From positions 558,001 through 622,000 of the forward strand of contig JAVHYY010000112.1 in assembly GCA_035221665.1 (NCBI GenBank): a stretch of DNA of 64,000 bases, in the 5' to 3' direction. This DNA comes from Okamejei kenojei (Eukaryota). The translations under genes and the position numbers were made by a program. Below, piece after piece: positions 37,300-51,309 of the stretch. A model generated the notes under the pieces. That model worked only from the letters and a program-made list of their open reading frames with translations. It did no database searches and was not told where the DNA came from. Every line of letters begins with the position of its first letter. Within the stretch, counting starts at the first letter, position 1.

Positions 37300-38844
37300 A
37301 AACGCATATATTTGAATCGTGCAGCAAATCTGCCCTGAACCTCCTCTGGGTCACCATGTAAATGTCTGTGTTTGTGCAGGAGCTCAGCAGGTGAAGCACA
37401 ACCCCAATATCTTCAAACATTACAGAGGTCTGATCCAGGTCCTGTGTGCAAAGGCTTTCACCAAGCTATGAAATGTGCCATAAATGTCGCGCAGAGTACG
37501 ATAAAGGTGATGGTAATAGGTAGGAGTAAAATGATGGACCGTCTGCGGTTCACCGACTCTGGATCCATCTCCGTCACTTTACCTCCGAGGTCCCGGAGAT
37601 TTCGTCGGTCCCGACTGGCCACGACGATACGTCTGACGATGAGCGCGTTAAGGAACAAAATAACACAGAGTGGGGCAACTGGGGTTAACAACTGTTCGGT
37701 CCACGAACATGCTGCCCCTGTCTATACTGTACCTGCCGGCACAGTATAGACAAACGTGGATATAGCGCAACTCAGCTGGCTACGCTCATTGTAGATATTG
37801 AAAACTAAAGGCCAGGCGATGTTTTGTAAATGGAAGAGCGCGCTGACGTTCACTATAACCACCGCCGCCGTTCTTTCAGTGCAATATTTGTTTATCATAG
37901 TCTGTGTGGAAATGGTCTCAAGCGATCAAACGTGAAATCGACCGTGAACCAAACTGAGCAGTCCATGGCCACCGGAGAGAGGAAGCGAATGAATCTGCAC
38001 ACAGCGGTGTAGGATAAGAAAGACTTCAGCCAATAAAGCTCCGTAATCTGATGTAATATCACCCCGCAGACAATAGCCGAGAGGTCCGCTGTCGCCATGG
38101 ACACCATGTAGAAACATAGAAACATAGAAACATAGAAATTAGGTGCAGGAGTAGGCCATTCAGCCCTTCGAGCCTGCACCGCCAGTCAATATGATCATGG
38201 CTGATCATCCAACTCAGTATCCCGTACCTGCCTTCTCTCCATACCCTCTGATCCCCTTAGCCACAAGGGTCACATCCAACTCACTCTTAAATATAGCCAA
38301 TGAACTGGCCTCAACTACCCTCTGTGGCAGAGAGTTCCAGAGACTCACCACTCTCTGTGTGAAAAAAGTCTTTCTCATCTCGGTCTTAAAGGATTTCCCC
38401 CTTATCCTTAAGCTGTGACCCCTTGTCCTGGACTTCCCCAACATCGGGAACAATCTTCCTGCATCTAGCCTGTCCAACCCCTTAAGAATTTTGTAAGTTT
38501 CTATAAGATCCCCTCTCAATCTCCTAAATTCCAGAGAGTATAAACCGAGTCTATCCAGTCTTTCTTCATAAGACAGTCCTGACATCCCAGGAATCAGTCT
38601 GGTGAACCTTCTCTGCACTCCCTCTATGGCAATAATGTCCTTCCTCAGATTTGGAGACCAAAACTGTACGCAATACTCCAGGTGTGGTCTCACCATGACC
38701 CTGTACAACTGAAGTAGAACCTCCCTGCTCCTGTACTCAAATCCTTTTGCTATGAAAGCTAACATATGTTAGCTATGTACCGCGTGATGCATTTCGAGAG
38801 ACGGCACTTTCTGCGCGACAGGACAACAATCCCCAACAGGTTCA
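37300..38844 (-). pseudogene. GPR139-like GPCR exon 2 pseudogene (second subfamily), interrupted by CR1
   Basis: Acceptor CTTCCAG, then VNLLGIVVLSRRKCRLSKCITRY | CR1 | MVSMATADL..FTFDR.., LTPVAPLCVILFLNAL, LLSSCTNTDIY; frameshifts. Exon 1 not found. Confidence 0.88.
38111..38774 (-). mobile_element. Young 5'-truncated CR1 inserted in GPCR exon
   Basis: Uninterrupted 183-aa RT C-terminal ORF, perfect (TTTCTATG)n tail, TSD ATGTA at 38106-38110 and 38775-38779. Confidence 0.93.
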
Positions 38845-38899
38845 CTGGAAGAACAAGAGAGAATGTATTATGGGACGAGCGAAACATATGACCAACTTC

Positions 38900-39670
38900 A
38901 AAACTGTCAATGCTGCAAAACATTCCGAAGTTGAGGATATGCCCTTCAACTCAGTAAGGACTGGAGAGTGCCCACTTGTTCCTTGGTTTAAGAAGGGAAA
39001 TTGAGGGAATCCAGATAATCACGATGTTGGGTCTCACGTCAGTGGTGAAGAAGTAGTTGGTGGGGATATTTCCCGATATAATTTATTTCCATAAGAAAGA
39101 GAATGGACTAATTAGGAACAGTCAACATGGCTGTGTTCAACAAAGAGGACATGTGTTATTGACTTGTCGAGTGGTTTGGAGATGTGTAAAAGGGAATAGA
39201 TGACAGTAATAATGGTGATGTGTCTACATTGACTTAATTTCGGCATTTGATGAAGTCTGATGTGAGGATGATGCGGAGGATTAGGATGCACGGAATTTAC
39301 AGTGACTCGGTCGTATCGATTCGGGATGCCTTGTTAATAGAAGAGAGAGGTTTGTAGTGGACGCGCGTTTTTTGGCTGAGTATTTGTGCTGGTGGAGTAA
39401 CGTAGAGTCGTGCGCTGGAAGCTGTGTTGTTTGTGGTATGCATAAATTACATGGATATCAATGCAGATAGGTTGGCTAGTATGTTTGCAGACGGCATTAA
39501 AATCGCTGGAGTTGCGGAATATGAGGAAGGCTGTCAAAATATAGAGTGGGATATGGATCAGCTACAGAAATGGGCTAGGAAATGGCAGAAGATGGCAAAC
39601 AAGTGTGAGCTGTTGCTCTTTGAGATGTCGAATTGAAAGCGCAATTATACAGTTAATGGCAAGACTCTTA
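38900..39670 (+). mobile_element. Old decayed CR1 RT fragment
   Basis: LASMFADGIKIAGVAEYEEGCQNIEWDMDQLQKWARKWQ. Confidence 0.7.
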
Positions 39671-40957
39671 ACCACGCTAGTGTACATACTCAATTGACGT
39701 GATGTGCCATGGGATTCTTCTGAGAGGCAGGTCAGATACAGACGCGGTACAGTGCATGATCAAATATCTCTGTGCCCCTAAACATCTTCCACACACATAT
39801 ATGCACATATACCTACGCAGACCCACAAGGACCAAAGTGACAGAGCATCGGCGCTGATTCTGCTGAGTCGATCGCATAATCAATAGGACTTGCTGTAATT
39901 ACGCTCTTGAGAAAGACACAACGGAGACATATTCCCAACATGAGAAAGAAGAAAGAGTCAAAATACATTAATCTACTATGTGAGATAAAATTCTAGTTTG
40001 CTGGATGGATGTAGCGCTTTCGGGAAAATGTTGGCAATGAAACCGCCATTTAAGTTGAGCAGGAAGCAACAATTCACCAATTTTAAATCCGCCCATCACT
40101 CACTGTCGTTCGCCTCCTCCAAAACACAAACCAATTTTGAATCCACTTTGCCGAATCGCCTTGGACCACTGTGTTTCAACGTCTGGCCGAACTTATCACA
40201 AATATCGCGAAGAGCCTTCCCATAGTCCAGGAATACCGCGTATTTTGCTCTGCCGTCATATATTGTCTTCGATGTATGGCCACTTCAAAATGATGAAAGT
40301 TGATAGTCAGTTTATTTTAAAAGAAGGGCTTCAAAGTTGTGTGGGATCTCGTGTGAAATTTAGAGAGTGAGGAAATGGGCATGAACAAAGCAAGGCCCCA
40401 CACTGAGTTTGATAACAATAAGCTTAAAACTGATGTGGTCATTCGGTAATTTCCGGATGTAACTTTCTTCCTGCAGCGGATTCCGTGTGCAACGCTCTCG
40501 TACTTTCGGTCGTCCCAAATTGTGGCCAAATCACGTCGTCCTACATTTTCGACGCGACATCAGTGAACTACAAGCTCTAACCGTTCATCCTCGCGCTGAC
40601 GGTGAAATTTGGATTTGTGCTAACCATTAGGTCCCAGCAATTCCATGTGTGTAATGAGATCCCTCATCCATTGCAATAAAGAGCACGACAGGGGCGACGA
40701 ACCCCTCGGTTACTCGTTTTCAGTTGTTGCGTCGTACAATCATATCCACGTGTCTAATGCATTAGGCCCATTCTAAGGCGCTTTCAGCACATCGCTGACA
40801 AGGGGCGTGATCAGAGCAAGTTCCTCGTGGTGCAAACGTCCAATTACTGCACATTTTAATACGAAAGGGAAAACGAAGCCTTTTGCGGTTAACAGTTTAT
40901 GATCTGTTATTCCCGGATTGCCTGCTACAGATCCGAAGCTATTCGCGTTTCAAAGCA

Positions 40958-40961
<4 letters not shown>

Positions 40962-41033
<72 letters not shown>

Positions 41034-41072
41034 TGGTGAGAGAGAAAGACAGACAGGCAGACAGACAGATAT
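40962..41072 (+). repeat. (AG)n / (AGAC)n microsatellite flanking a gap
   Basis: Direct reading. Confidence 0.98.
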
Positions 41073-41483
41073 NNNNNNNNNNNNNNNNNNNNNNNNNNNN
41101 NNNNNNNNNNNNNNNNNNNNNNNNNNNNNNNNNNNNNNNNNNNNNNNNNNNNNNNNNNNNNNNNNNNNNNNNNNNNNNNNNNNNNNNNNNNNNNNNNNNN
41201 NNNNNNNNNNNNNNNNNNNNNNNNNNNNNNNNNNNNNNNNNNNNNNNNNNNNNNNNNNNNNNNNNNNNNNNNNNNNNNNNNNNNNNNNNNNNNNNNNNNN
41301 NNNNNNNNNNNNNNNNNNNNNNNNNNNNNNNNNNNNNNNNNNNNNNNNNNNNNNNNNNNNNNNNNNNNNNNNNNNNNNNNNNNNNNNNNNNNNNNNNNNN
41401 NNNNNNNNNNNNNNNNNNNNNNNNNNNNNNNNNNNNNNNNNNNNNNNNNNNNNNNNNNNNNNNNNNNNNNNNNNNNNNNNNNN
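41073..41483. other. Assembly gap
   Basis: Run of N. Confidence 1.
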
Positions 41484-42235
41484 ATGTATGCACCTGCATA
41501 GCGAACATTTCCGCCTATGTATTGTGTAGTAGTCTGCACGCTGCTGAGGTGTTGAAATAACTAGGACAATAATCTTTCGCCATGTTTAAAGTATGGGGCA
41601 TACCCACTGTTTACTTGCAGTATTCACTGTTTCAATTCGGCAAAGCGCCGCATTTTCCATTTGCAGTTTAAAACGAGGAATCTGTATATTAGAAGAACAT
41701 TTAATAATGAAAGGATAATTTATCGTTACGGAGGATAACATGTGAGGGCGTAATATGATAAAAAATCAAGCTTAATTTAATATATCGGGTATGGTGTAAC
41801 ATATACCAAGCTATCTGGAGAAAACCAGTCGTTCCCAATGCTAACGGGTCATATCCCCACATCAGTTGTAGCATTCTCCATGCTACTGGATAGTACTGGC
41901 CAAAGTTGCACGACGCCTTCCAAAAAAATGGATTATCATTTATATCCATTACATAAGTTCCAGGGATGATTTATTTCAAATGCCTTCACAATAGAAGAGC
42001 ATGTGGTCGCACCATTATTCATAGAGTGATGCATTGTGGAAACAGACTATTCGGCCCAACTTGCTAAACCGGGCAACATGTCCCAGCTACATATGTCCGA
42101 ACTGCCAGCATTTGTTCTATATACCTCCAAACCTGTCGTATCCATGTAACCCCCTCCTAAATGTTCTTAAACGTTGGGATAGTTCCTGCCTCAACGACCT
42201 TCTCTGACAACTTATTCAATACAACCACCACCTTT

Positions 42236-42370
42236 NNNNNNNNNNNNNNNNNNNNNNNNNNNNNNNNNNNNNNNNNNNNNNNNNNNNNNNNNNNNNNNNN
42301 NNNNNNNNNNNNNNNNNNNNNNNNNNNNNNNNNNNNNNNNNNNNNNNNNNNNNNNNNNNNNNNNNNNNNN
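42236..42370. other. Assembly gap
   Basis: Run of N. Confidence 1.
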
Positions 42371-44682
42371 ACTTCCTTCCTCTAACAAATTTTGTAGATT
42401 CTGCAAGAAATCAAGAACCACCTACAACCCGATCAATCCCACTTAATTCATTTCTCATCAGCAGAAGGTACAAATGTTTGAAAGCCGTGGCCATCATAAT
42501 CAAGAACAACTTATTTCCGTCCGTTACCAGACTACGCCACTGTTTCGTTTTGTTTATCTAAATGTCACGTATACCGAGACGCAGTGAAAAAATCTTTTGT
42601 TGCATACGAACCAGTCAGCCGAATGACAATACGTGATTAGAAGCGATCAATTTATGGTGTATAGATGCAAGATGAGGCAATAACGTTCAGTGCAGAATAA
42701 AGCCAGCACAAGTCCAATCAAATATAGTCCGTGGTCACGTAAGAGGTAGATAGTAGTTTTGCACTGCTCTCTGACTGTGGGAAGATTATACACAATAGAC
42801 AATAGCCAATAGACAATCTACAATAAGCACAGGAGTAGGCCATTCGACCCTTCGAGCGAGCACCGCAATTTACTGTGATCATGGCTGATCATCCTCAATC
42901 CGTACGCCGTGTAGTGGACATTTTGCTTGTTTTGTGTGCCAATGATTAAGGCATGTGTCTTTAAATGTTATACTGCCCGTTATATTGTGCGTGGGATTCG
43001 TGACGTATTTTAGGGCGTGTTTGGAGATGGGTTTCTTGCACAGAAGTTTAGTATTAAGTTTAGTTTTGGACCAGCATGGGGAAGGTTTCCCCTCTCACCA
43101 TGCGAAGCATAACGGAGACACGAGGATATTTCTGACCTTTGAAGCGATACGCTGGAGTTCGATGAAGATCATAGTGTACGAGTCGGAAGACGTTTGGATG
43201 CACCTTATTGCTTTTATCAACAATACATACATTATTAATCAAAATACTGTGTTTTGAAGATTTACCTGTGAAGAAGCTCCCCGACAGAGAGCTTGCATGC
43301 GTACAAATACTTTCCCTATAACCATGTATGCCGTTTAGCGACTAGAAGGAGTAAACTCTTGAACAATGTAAACATCTGCCGCTACATTAAGTGAAAGGAT
43401 ACCTCCTATGGGGGGTGAATGCCAGTCCCAGAGAGTGGGACAGGAGTATTAGCCCGGATCTAGAAAGAGGTTTTGGCCAGAATGCCAGTTCCAGCCGAGG
43501 AACTGAAGTCAATTGATCTCGGCCAGGGATGGCCTCGCGGTCCTTTAGACAGCGACACGACCTATCTGACGATCTGAAGACACTATCACCGAAATTGTGA
43601 GTAGAAATTGACTATTGTTCTTTTAAATTTTGATGCTGAAACGCTTTAATTTTAAACGGCGTCTGTAAGAAGAGCCAGAAAACCACTAGCTTGGAGGATA
43701 GCAAAAACATATTTTTCCACTTTTTGTACTCTTGATAACACGCATTCCTTTCGAACTATCGTAATCTTTAATCCCATGGATGTTTGAGAGATTTGTTTTG
43801 AAATTAGCCACTAAATGTTTACACAAAGTTGGAGCAGAATTCAGAGAATACTTTGTTCGTTCAATTTAAATACTTGGCAATCTGCCAATAACTCTTTAAA
43901 ATCATGGAGTCAGAAGATGAGGAAAGCGTCACGCCAGAACAACCACAAAATGGCGAACTCAAGCTTAGACAAGGCCAACCTGCCTGCCTGAGAGAAACGA
44001 AGAAAGAGGAAAACTCGATATGGAAGCAAGTTAACGAGTCAATTTAAAGCTACAGAAAACTCATGTACCGACAAGAAACAGATCACACACAACCTGCCTG
44101 CCTGAAAGAAACCGAGAAGGAGAAAAACAATTTATGGGAACAGGTTACCAGATTAATTGAGAAACAGAATAAACTAATGGAATCGGTACAGAAGACGATC
44201 AAAGTGAAATCTAATATGAAACAACTATGGAACCTCTGTTATGAGGTTGGAAAGAAATATAATTCACTGATGGACTCAGAGTCTGGAAGAACGTATACGA
44301 CTCTGGTTTCCTCTGGAAGAACGCATGACACACACAGTGGTGGGAAGAAAAAGTGAAGATATTCAAGGATTTCATGGATAAGGCAGAGGAGTGCTTATCT
44401 GAAGTTATACCACAACTTAAGGTGACAGAAAGGAAGATGACATTATACCACGAGATAATATGTCGAAAGTATCAACACGAATATCAGGACACATATCTGG
44501 TTCTACAGCCAATTTGGTATCAAGGGTTACTGCTCGATTGAAGGAGATATTGCTGCTCACTCAATAGAAGCGGATGCCTTGAAGATGAAACATGATATGG
44601 AGCAAGAAGAGGAAGAATGAGACGACGGGACGATCAGAGGAAAGAGGAGATATGACGGAAAAAAGAAGAGATAAGACGACAA

Positions 44683-47245
44683 GAAGAAACAAAGAAACAT
44701 AGAAAATAGGTGCAGGAGGAGGCCATTCGGCCCTTCGAGGCAGCACCGCCATTCAGTGTGATCATGGCTGATCATCCACTATCAATAACCCGTGCCTGCC
44801 TTCTCCTCACATCCCTTGACTCCACTAGAGCTGCCGAGACTTACAAAATTCTTAAGGGGTTGGACAGGCTAGATGCAGGAAGATTGTTCCCGATGTTGGG
44901 GAAGTCCAGGACAAGGGGTCACAGCTTAAGGATAAGGGGGAAATCCTTTAAGACCGAGATGAGAAATACTTTTTTCACACAGAGAGTGGTGAGTCTCTGG
45001 AACTCTCTGCCACAGAGGGTAGTTGAGGCCAGTTCATTGGCTATATTTAAGAGTGAGTTGGATGTGGCCCTTGTGGCTAAGGGGATCAGAGGGTATGGAG
45101 AGAAGGCAGGTACGGGATACTGAGTTGGATGATCAGCCATGATCATAATGAATGGCGGTGCAGGCTCGAAGGGCTGAATGGCCTACTCCTGCACCTAATT
45201 TCTATGTTTCTATGAGAGCTCTATCCAACTCTCTCTTAAATCCAACCAGTGATTTGGTTTCCACTGCCCTCTGTGGCAGTGAATTTCATAAATTCACAAC
45301 TCTCTGGGTAAAAAAGTGTTTTCTCAGCTCAGTCATAAATGACCTCCACATTATTCTAAGACTGTGGCCCTGGTTTTGGACTCACCCAACATTGGGAACA
45401 TTTTTCCTGCATCAAGCTAGTCCAGTCCTTTTATAATTGTATGTGTTTCTATAAGATCCCCCCTAATCCTTCAAAACTCTAGTGACTACAAGCCCAGTCT
45501 TTTCAATCATTCCTCTTATGACAGTCCCGCCATTCCAAGGATCAATCTCGTGAACCTACGCTGCACTGCCTCAATCATAAGGATGCCCTTCCTCAAATTA
45601 GGAGACCAAAACTGTACACAATACTCCAGATGTGGTCTCACCAGAGCCCTATACAACTGCACATGAACCTCTTTACTCCTCTATTCAAAATCTGCTTGTA
45701 AAGAAGGCCAAAATCCCATTAGCTTTCTTCACTGCCTGCTGTACCTGCACGCTAACTTTCAGTAATTGGTATACAAGGACACCCAGATCTCGCTGTACCC
45801 CCCACTTACCTAACCTAACCCCATTGGGATAATAATCAATTCATTATTATCCCAATGGCAAACAATTGAGCGCCCAAACACCGATCCTTGCGGCACTCCA
45901 CCCGCCACTGCCTGCCATTCTGAAAATGACCCGTTCACTCTTACTCTTTGGTTCCTGTCTGCCAACCAATTTTCAATCCATGTCAACACCCTATCCCCAA
46001 TACCGTGTGCTCTAATTTTAGTCACCAGTCTCCCGTGCGGGACCTTATCAAAGGCTTTATGAAAGTCTAGATACACTACACCCACTGGCACCCCTTCGTC
46101 CATTTTACTTGTCACATCCTCAAAAAACTCCAAAAGATTTTCCCTTTTATGTTGACTTGGACTAATCCTTTTACAGCTATTCAAATGCTCCTTTATTACC
46201 TCTTTAATAATTGACTCCAGCATCTTTCCCACCACCGAATTCAGGCCAACTGGTCTGTAACTCCCCGTTTTCTCTCTCGCTCATTTCTTGAAAAGTAGGA
46301 TAACATTAGCTATCCTCCAATCCACAGGAACTGATCCAAAATCTATTGAACATTGGAAAATGATCACCAAATCGTCCACTATTTCTAGAGCCACCTCCCT
46401 GAGGACGCTGGGATGCAGACCATCAGGCCCAGGGAATTTATCATCCTTCAGTCCCATTAGCCTACCCAATACTATTTATCGCCTAATCAAAATGTATTTC
46501 AGTTCCTCGACCCCCTTAGATCGTCTGTGCTCCAGTACATCTGGGAGATTGTTTGTGTTCTCCTTAGTGAAGACAGATCCGAAGTATCTATTCAACTCTT
46601 CTGCTATTTCCTTGTTGCCCATAATTATTTCACCCTTGACTGCCTTCAAGGGACTGTGCTACTCTTTTTCCCTTAACGTATCTAAATACGCTTTTACTGT
46701 CCTTCCTTATATTCCTGGCCAGCTTCCCCTCGTACTTCATCTTTTCAGTCCGTGTTGCCCGTTTTGTGTCCTTCTGTTGTCCTTTGAATGTCTCCCAATC
46801 CTCCAGCTTCCGGCTATGCTTTGCTGTGTTATACATATTTTCTTTTAGTTTTATTTTATCCCTAACATCTCTTGTCAGCCACGGTTACCTCCTACTCCCC
46901 TTAGAATCGTTCTTCCTTTTTGGAATGAAATGATCCTACGTCTTCCGCATATGCCCAGAAATTCCTGCCATTGCTGTTCCACCGTCTTTCCTGCTAGGGT
47001 CAATTTCCAGTCTACGTTGGCCAGCTCCCCTCTCATGCCTTCATAGTCCCCTTTGTTCAACTGCATCACTACCACTTCCAATTTAACATTCTCCTTCTCA
47101 AATTGCAGATGAAAACTAAGCATATTATGATCACTACCTCCAAGCGTTTCCCTTACCTAGAGTTCTCTTATCATAGCTGGTTCATTGGACAACACTAAAT
47201 CCAGAATTGCCGTTTCTCTGGTCGGCTACATTGTAAGCTGCTCTG
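44683..47245 (-). mobile_element. CR1 LINE nested in the BEL remnant
   Basis: APE/RT fragments (YLDFHKAFDKVPH, PQGSV) and CR1 tail at 44683. Confidence 0.9.
44833..45214 (+). mobile_element. Young CR1 3' end nested in an older CR1
   Basis: TSD AGAGCT at 44827-44832 and 45215-45220; nearly identical to the 38111-38774 copy. Confidence 0.9.
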
Positions 47246-48191
47246 AGTAGAGGTAAGACGACGGGACGATCAGAGATAAGAAGAGATAAGACGTCAAATG
47301 GAACAGATGAGGCGACGAAAAGAACAACTGGAACGAGACACAAAGATGGCGGTGGCCAAATCAAAGAAGAAGTTACTGGACAGTGCGGGGTCAAGATGCA
47401 GTTCTAGAACATCGAAGACGATGAACTCATATTAGGGATGACAGACAGCTCGAAGTGAATTAGCAGTTGGATCAATTCCACGATCGAGTTCCAACGGATT
47501 TCTTGGTTTTTGAAAACTATTGGAACAGAGTAAGATGTGTAAAACTTAATCTCAGTAACTCAGTGCTAGATCGAATCGAGCGTTTGTGGATGCTCAAGAC
47601 AAATCAATAGCTGACCACGCTTTTCCGGGACCTGATGAACAGGCTCGAACAGGCCAATTTAAGTCACAAAGGCCTGTATATCAACAGGTGGAGCCTAGTC
47701 AAGGTTATCAGGATGGGTTATTGGCACTGTTGAATAGTCAAGTTGAATTCAACCAGATCAAAGCTCGACAAAATACCTCTCTCGTTCTACCACCAGCAGA
47801 AATTCCAACATAAGATGGAGATCCTTTGAGTATGAAGCTTTTGTAAGTTCGAGTGCACGAGTCAGAAGATGTTTGAATGTACCTAATTGTTTTTCATTAA
47901 AATAAATAATTTCTTAATCAGAAGACTGATTTTAATCTTTTTCTGCGAATAAGTTCTGAAGGTCCTCGACAGAGAGCTAGCATACGTGCAAAGACATCCC
48001 CCTTAAACATGTAGTTCGTTTAGCGGCAAGAGGGAGTAATCTCTTGAACGAGTTTTCCCTCATCTCCGTTATAAATGGCTAATCCGTTATTCTTAAACTG
48101 TCTGGCATTGGGCTCCTGGTTCAGGATTCCCACAGCATCGGGAACATATTTCCTGCCTCCGGCGTGTCCAATACCTTAATAATTCTATATG

Positions 48192-50228
48192 TAGAGCAGG
48201 ATATTTTGAAATCTCTGAAATAGGCAGGCGAAAAGGCACGGATAGGCACGAAAAGTCATTTATTGACAAGAAAAGCAAATTTCCACCACCAAAATAACGG
48301 TAAATTGATAATAAAAACTTTGTCTATATTAAATGATCAAAGTTGCCTGGTTGCACATTAATACTAGCATTTTGATCAAATTATCCGGTGTTAATCTATG
48401 CTGTCTGTCAGACAGAATATGCTCAGGTTGTGAAAAAACGTATTTCTCCCTCAACTGAGGTCACTGGTGCATAACCGAAACAAGCTACAGACTCTATATG
48501 CATTACAACTCCTTTCAGAACTTCAGCTCTGTTTCTGTATTTTTCAAGATCTGTGTTAGCAAATATTACTCTCTCACATTTCCCTTGTATATATTTACTT
48601 ACATCGCCACGAATGTTACGGATATCGTCAGTTACTTTATTGAAATCCTGCAAGTTATTCAATAATGTTTCGCCACGTTTTTCAAGGGAAGTGATAGCTT
48701 GTGGGAGGTTTGCAAAATTGGAAGCAATAAACACAAGATCGCAGTGGAGGGAATTGTTTGCAGGATTTTACTGGCGATCCTGTCTGCAGCAGATTCTACT
48801 TCTTCAAAACAATTGACAATATATTTTATATTTTCAAAATTTGCAGAATAGTAGAGTTCAGCAGAGAGCCAATTATCTCACCTAGTCTAAACGGGCTCAT
48901 GAGGTAGCGGGATCTCGGGTGCCGTGTCCTTGAACAACTGCACACGTTAATAGTACTTTGTGGAATATTTTCTTGACATAGAAAACTAGGCAATCGGCAT
49001 TTGGAATCAAGCTACGTATGTGCTTGACAAGTCTATGCAGTCCATGAGCTAAACATGTCAAATGCAACATTTTGGGGAATAAAACTTCAAAACGACGAGC
49101 TTTTTTTCATATGCGGAGCTGCATCAGTCACAATCAGAAGAACATTCTTATGTTTTATGCCATTTGGCCAAAGTACAGCAAGTGAAGGTGTAAACAACTG
49201 AGCAATAGTTGAGCTGTTTGACTTCTCCAATACTTCTGATATCAACAAATACTCCTTTGATGGTTGACTTTCCTCCAGTGTACCGATTATCATATTGCCA
49301 ACATATCTCTCCACAGCATCGGTTGTCTCCTCCACTGAGATTCATATTTTGTTGCATGCAACCTCATCTCTAATTTCTGCACAACAATGTTGAAGTTGCT
49401 GTCAACAGTTGCGAGTCATCATTTTTTTCTGTAATGATGACTCGCTTGGTATATGTTCCTCCTAGTATTTCTATTAAAAACACACACTGAGAGATTTGTT
49501 TTCCAATTTCCACAGTGGAATTCCAGCATCAATGAATGCTTACATAGATCACTGGAAAACTCAGATGTACAACTGGAGCCAGCAGTAAATGTAGTAAGGA
49601 GACAAACTTGAGTATTTGGCTTGGGTATTCTACACCCCAGCGGTATCAACATTGACTTCTCTAATTTTCGATAGCCCTTGTCTTTTCCCTCCTCCCCGTC
49701 ACCGTTCCCAGCTCTCCTTCTAGTCCTACTGTCTACGCCACTTCCTTTCTTTTTCCCGCCTCCCCACATCAACCTGAAGAAGGGTCTTGACCCGAAATGC
49801 CGCCTATTCGTTCCCTCCATAGATGCTGCCTCACCCGTTGAGTTGCTCCAGCCTCTTTTTTGTCTATCTTTGATTTTTCCTGCATCTGCAGTTCTTCTAA
49901 AATAAATCTTGGAGAACGCTGAACAAGCGGGCAGCGGCTCGAACGAATGAACAAGCGACGATGGCGCTTCCGGTTTTGCCCGGTGGTGTAAATATTCTTG
50001 TAAGTTATACTCTGTTAACAAATTAATTATAACATTAACATTAACGTATTAACATAGAAAACGTCATTGCAATCACGGCACAATTAGAGAAAATAGCACG
50101 AACTTGTTTTCAAAACGGCAAAAAAAGGCTGATTTAGGCACTCGATCGTGGAAAAGGCATTATCATCGTGAAATCATCAAAACAGGCATCAAAAGGCACA
50201 TATCATTTATGGCAAAATTCTGGCTGTA
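48192..50228 (-). mobile_element. hAT-like DNA transposon (degenerate transposase) inserted in a CR1
   Basis: ETTDAVERYVGN, VTDAAPHM, HLTCLAHGLHR, YAPVTSVE motifs. Imperfect TIRs (TAGAGCAGGATATTTTG / TACAGCCAGAATTTTG) and a degenerate 8-bp TSD TCTATATG / CTTATATA. CR1 sequence resumes on both sides. Confidence 0.75.
49600..49905 (+). mobile_element. Penelope 3' end (GIY-YIG tail and pseudo-LTR) nested in the hAT element
   Basis: LGILHPSGINIDFSNFR* followed by a pyrimidine tract and CTGAAGAAGGGTCTTGACCCGAAA (49774-49797). Confidence 0.75.
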
Positions 50229-51309
50229 CTTATATATTTCAATAAGATACCACTCATCCTTTTAAATTCTAATGTATACATGCCCAGATGCTCCATTCAT
50301 TCAACATCTGACCGTCCCGCCATTCCGGGAACCTACTCCCTCAATAGCAAGAATGTTCTTACTCACGTTTGGAGACGAAAACTGCACACTATACTTCAGG
50401 TGTGGTGTCACCAGGGTCCTGTGCACCGATACAGATAGCGCAACGAACGTGGATTGTTTTAGCTGGACTGTCAGTGGCTAAGGAGCGAACTGCTCAAACC
50501 ATATTGTCCCAGATTGTCAATTAGTCCTTTCCCCAGAGTGGTATGTCATTTTCTAGAGGACGCATGTTAAATGTAATCTGGGGAAACGTCCAAAGCAAAT
50601 TTACGGAGCAAGGTTTGACATGGAGTGCGGGATGTACTTCAAAGCAGAACCATTCGCAATGATTTGAAGCATTTAGGTAGGCTCTTGAATAGGTAGGATA
50701 TTCAGGAGTATCGACTATGCGCGGCCATATGTCATGCGATCAACTGGCATCAGAGTCGGCAGCGACATCGCTCATTGCCGCCAACACGACAATTGGCTTT
50801 ATGGCAGATAAAAGCCCCTTTTTTAAACTATGAAAATGAAGGGATAAGATGACACCAACAAAACGCTGACGCTCGTGTACTGACTCAATGTACTCGACTA
50901 CCTTACATTCTCGTATTTACTATGATTGTGCCTCTTCTATAAATGGATTGTCACAGAACTGTATGTCAAACATTAAGGGCCTGTGCTTTTGCCTTACTGC
51001 TGTCTTTTCGAAGCTTATGTTAGGGATAGTCTCGCTTCTCATTAACTTGAAGGGACTTTCTTCAATGACCTCCATATTATTAGAAACCTTGTGGAGGTCG
51101 TGTCATATAACTTTAAATCATTCAATTTTATACAACGACTGGTACACGTTCATTCCGACGACAGGATGATAACACCAATAGTTTAAACTATTAATTTGGA
51201 CCTGAAAATAACGTGGTTTATTTGTAAAAAAATATTGATTAACAGAAAAAATGATCCCAGCGAAATCTCGCCTTCCCCAATTCTCCAGATGTGATAACAG
51301 ACCACTTAA

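Larger units (their letters stand above)
42910..48050 (+). mobile_element. Old BEL/Pao-like LTR retrotransposon remnant (gag only) with nested CR1s
   Basis: Diverged direct repeat: about 43172-43363 matches about 47850-48050 (both end CTCTTGAAC). Coiled-coil gag fragments and LPPAEIPT*DGDPL resemble BEL gag. Confidence 0.6.

Noticed and set aside
40883-41560. Long ORFs in the track
   Set aside because: Artefacts of the (AG)n repeat and the N gap.
41701-41949. Minus ORF containing YYPV as candidate exon 1 of the 38.8-kb GPCR
   Set aside because: No hydrophobic TM1 ending in GVP and no matching donor; the true exon may be lost or in a gap.
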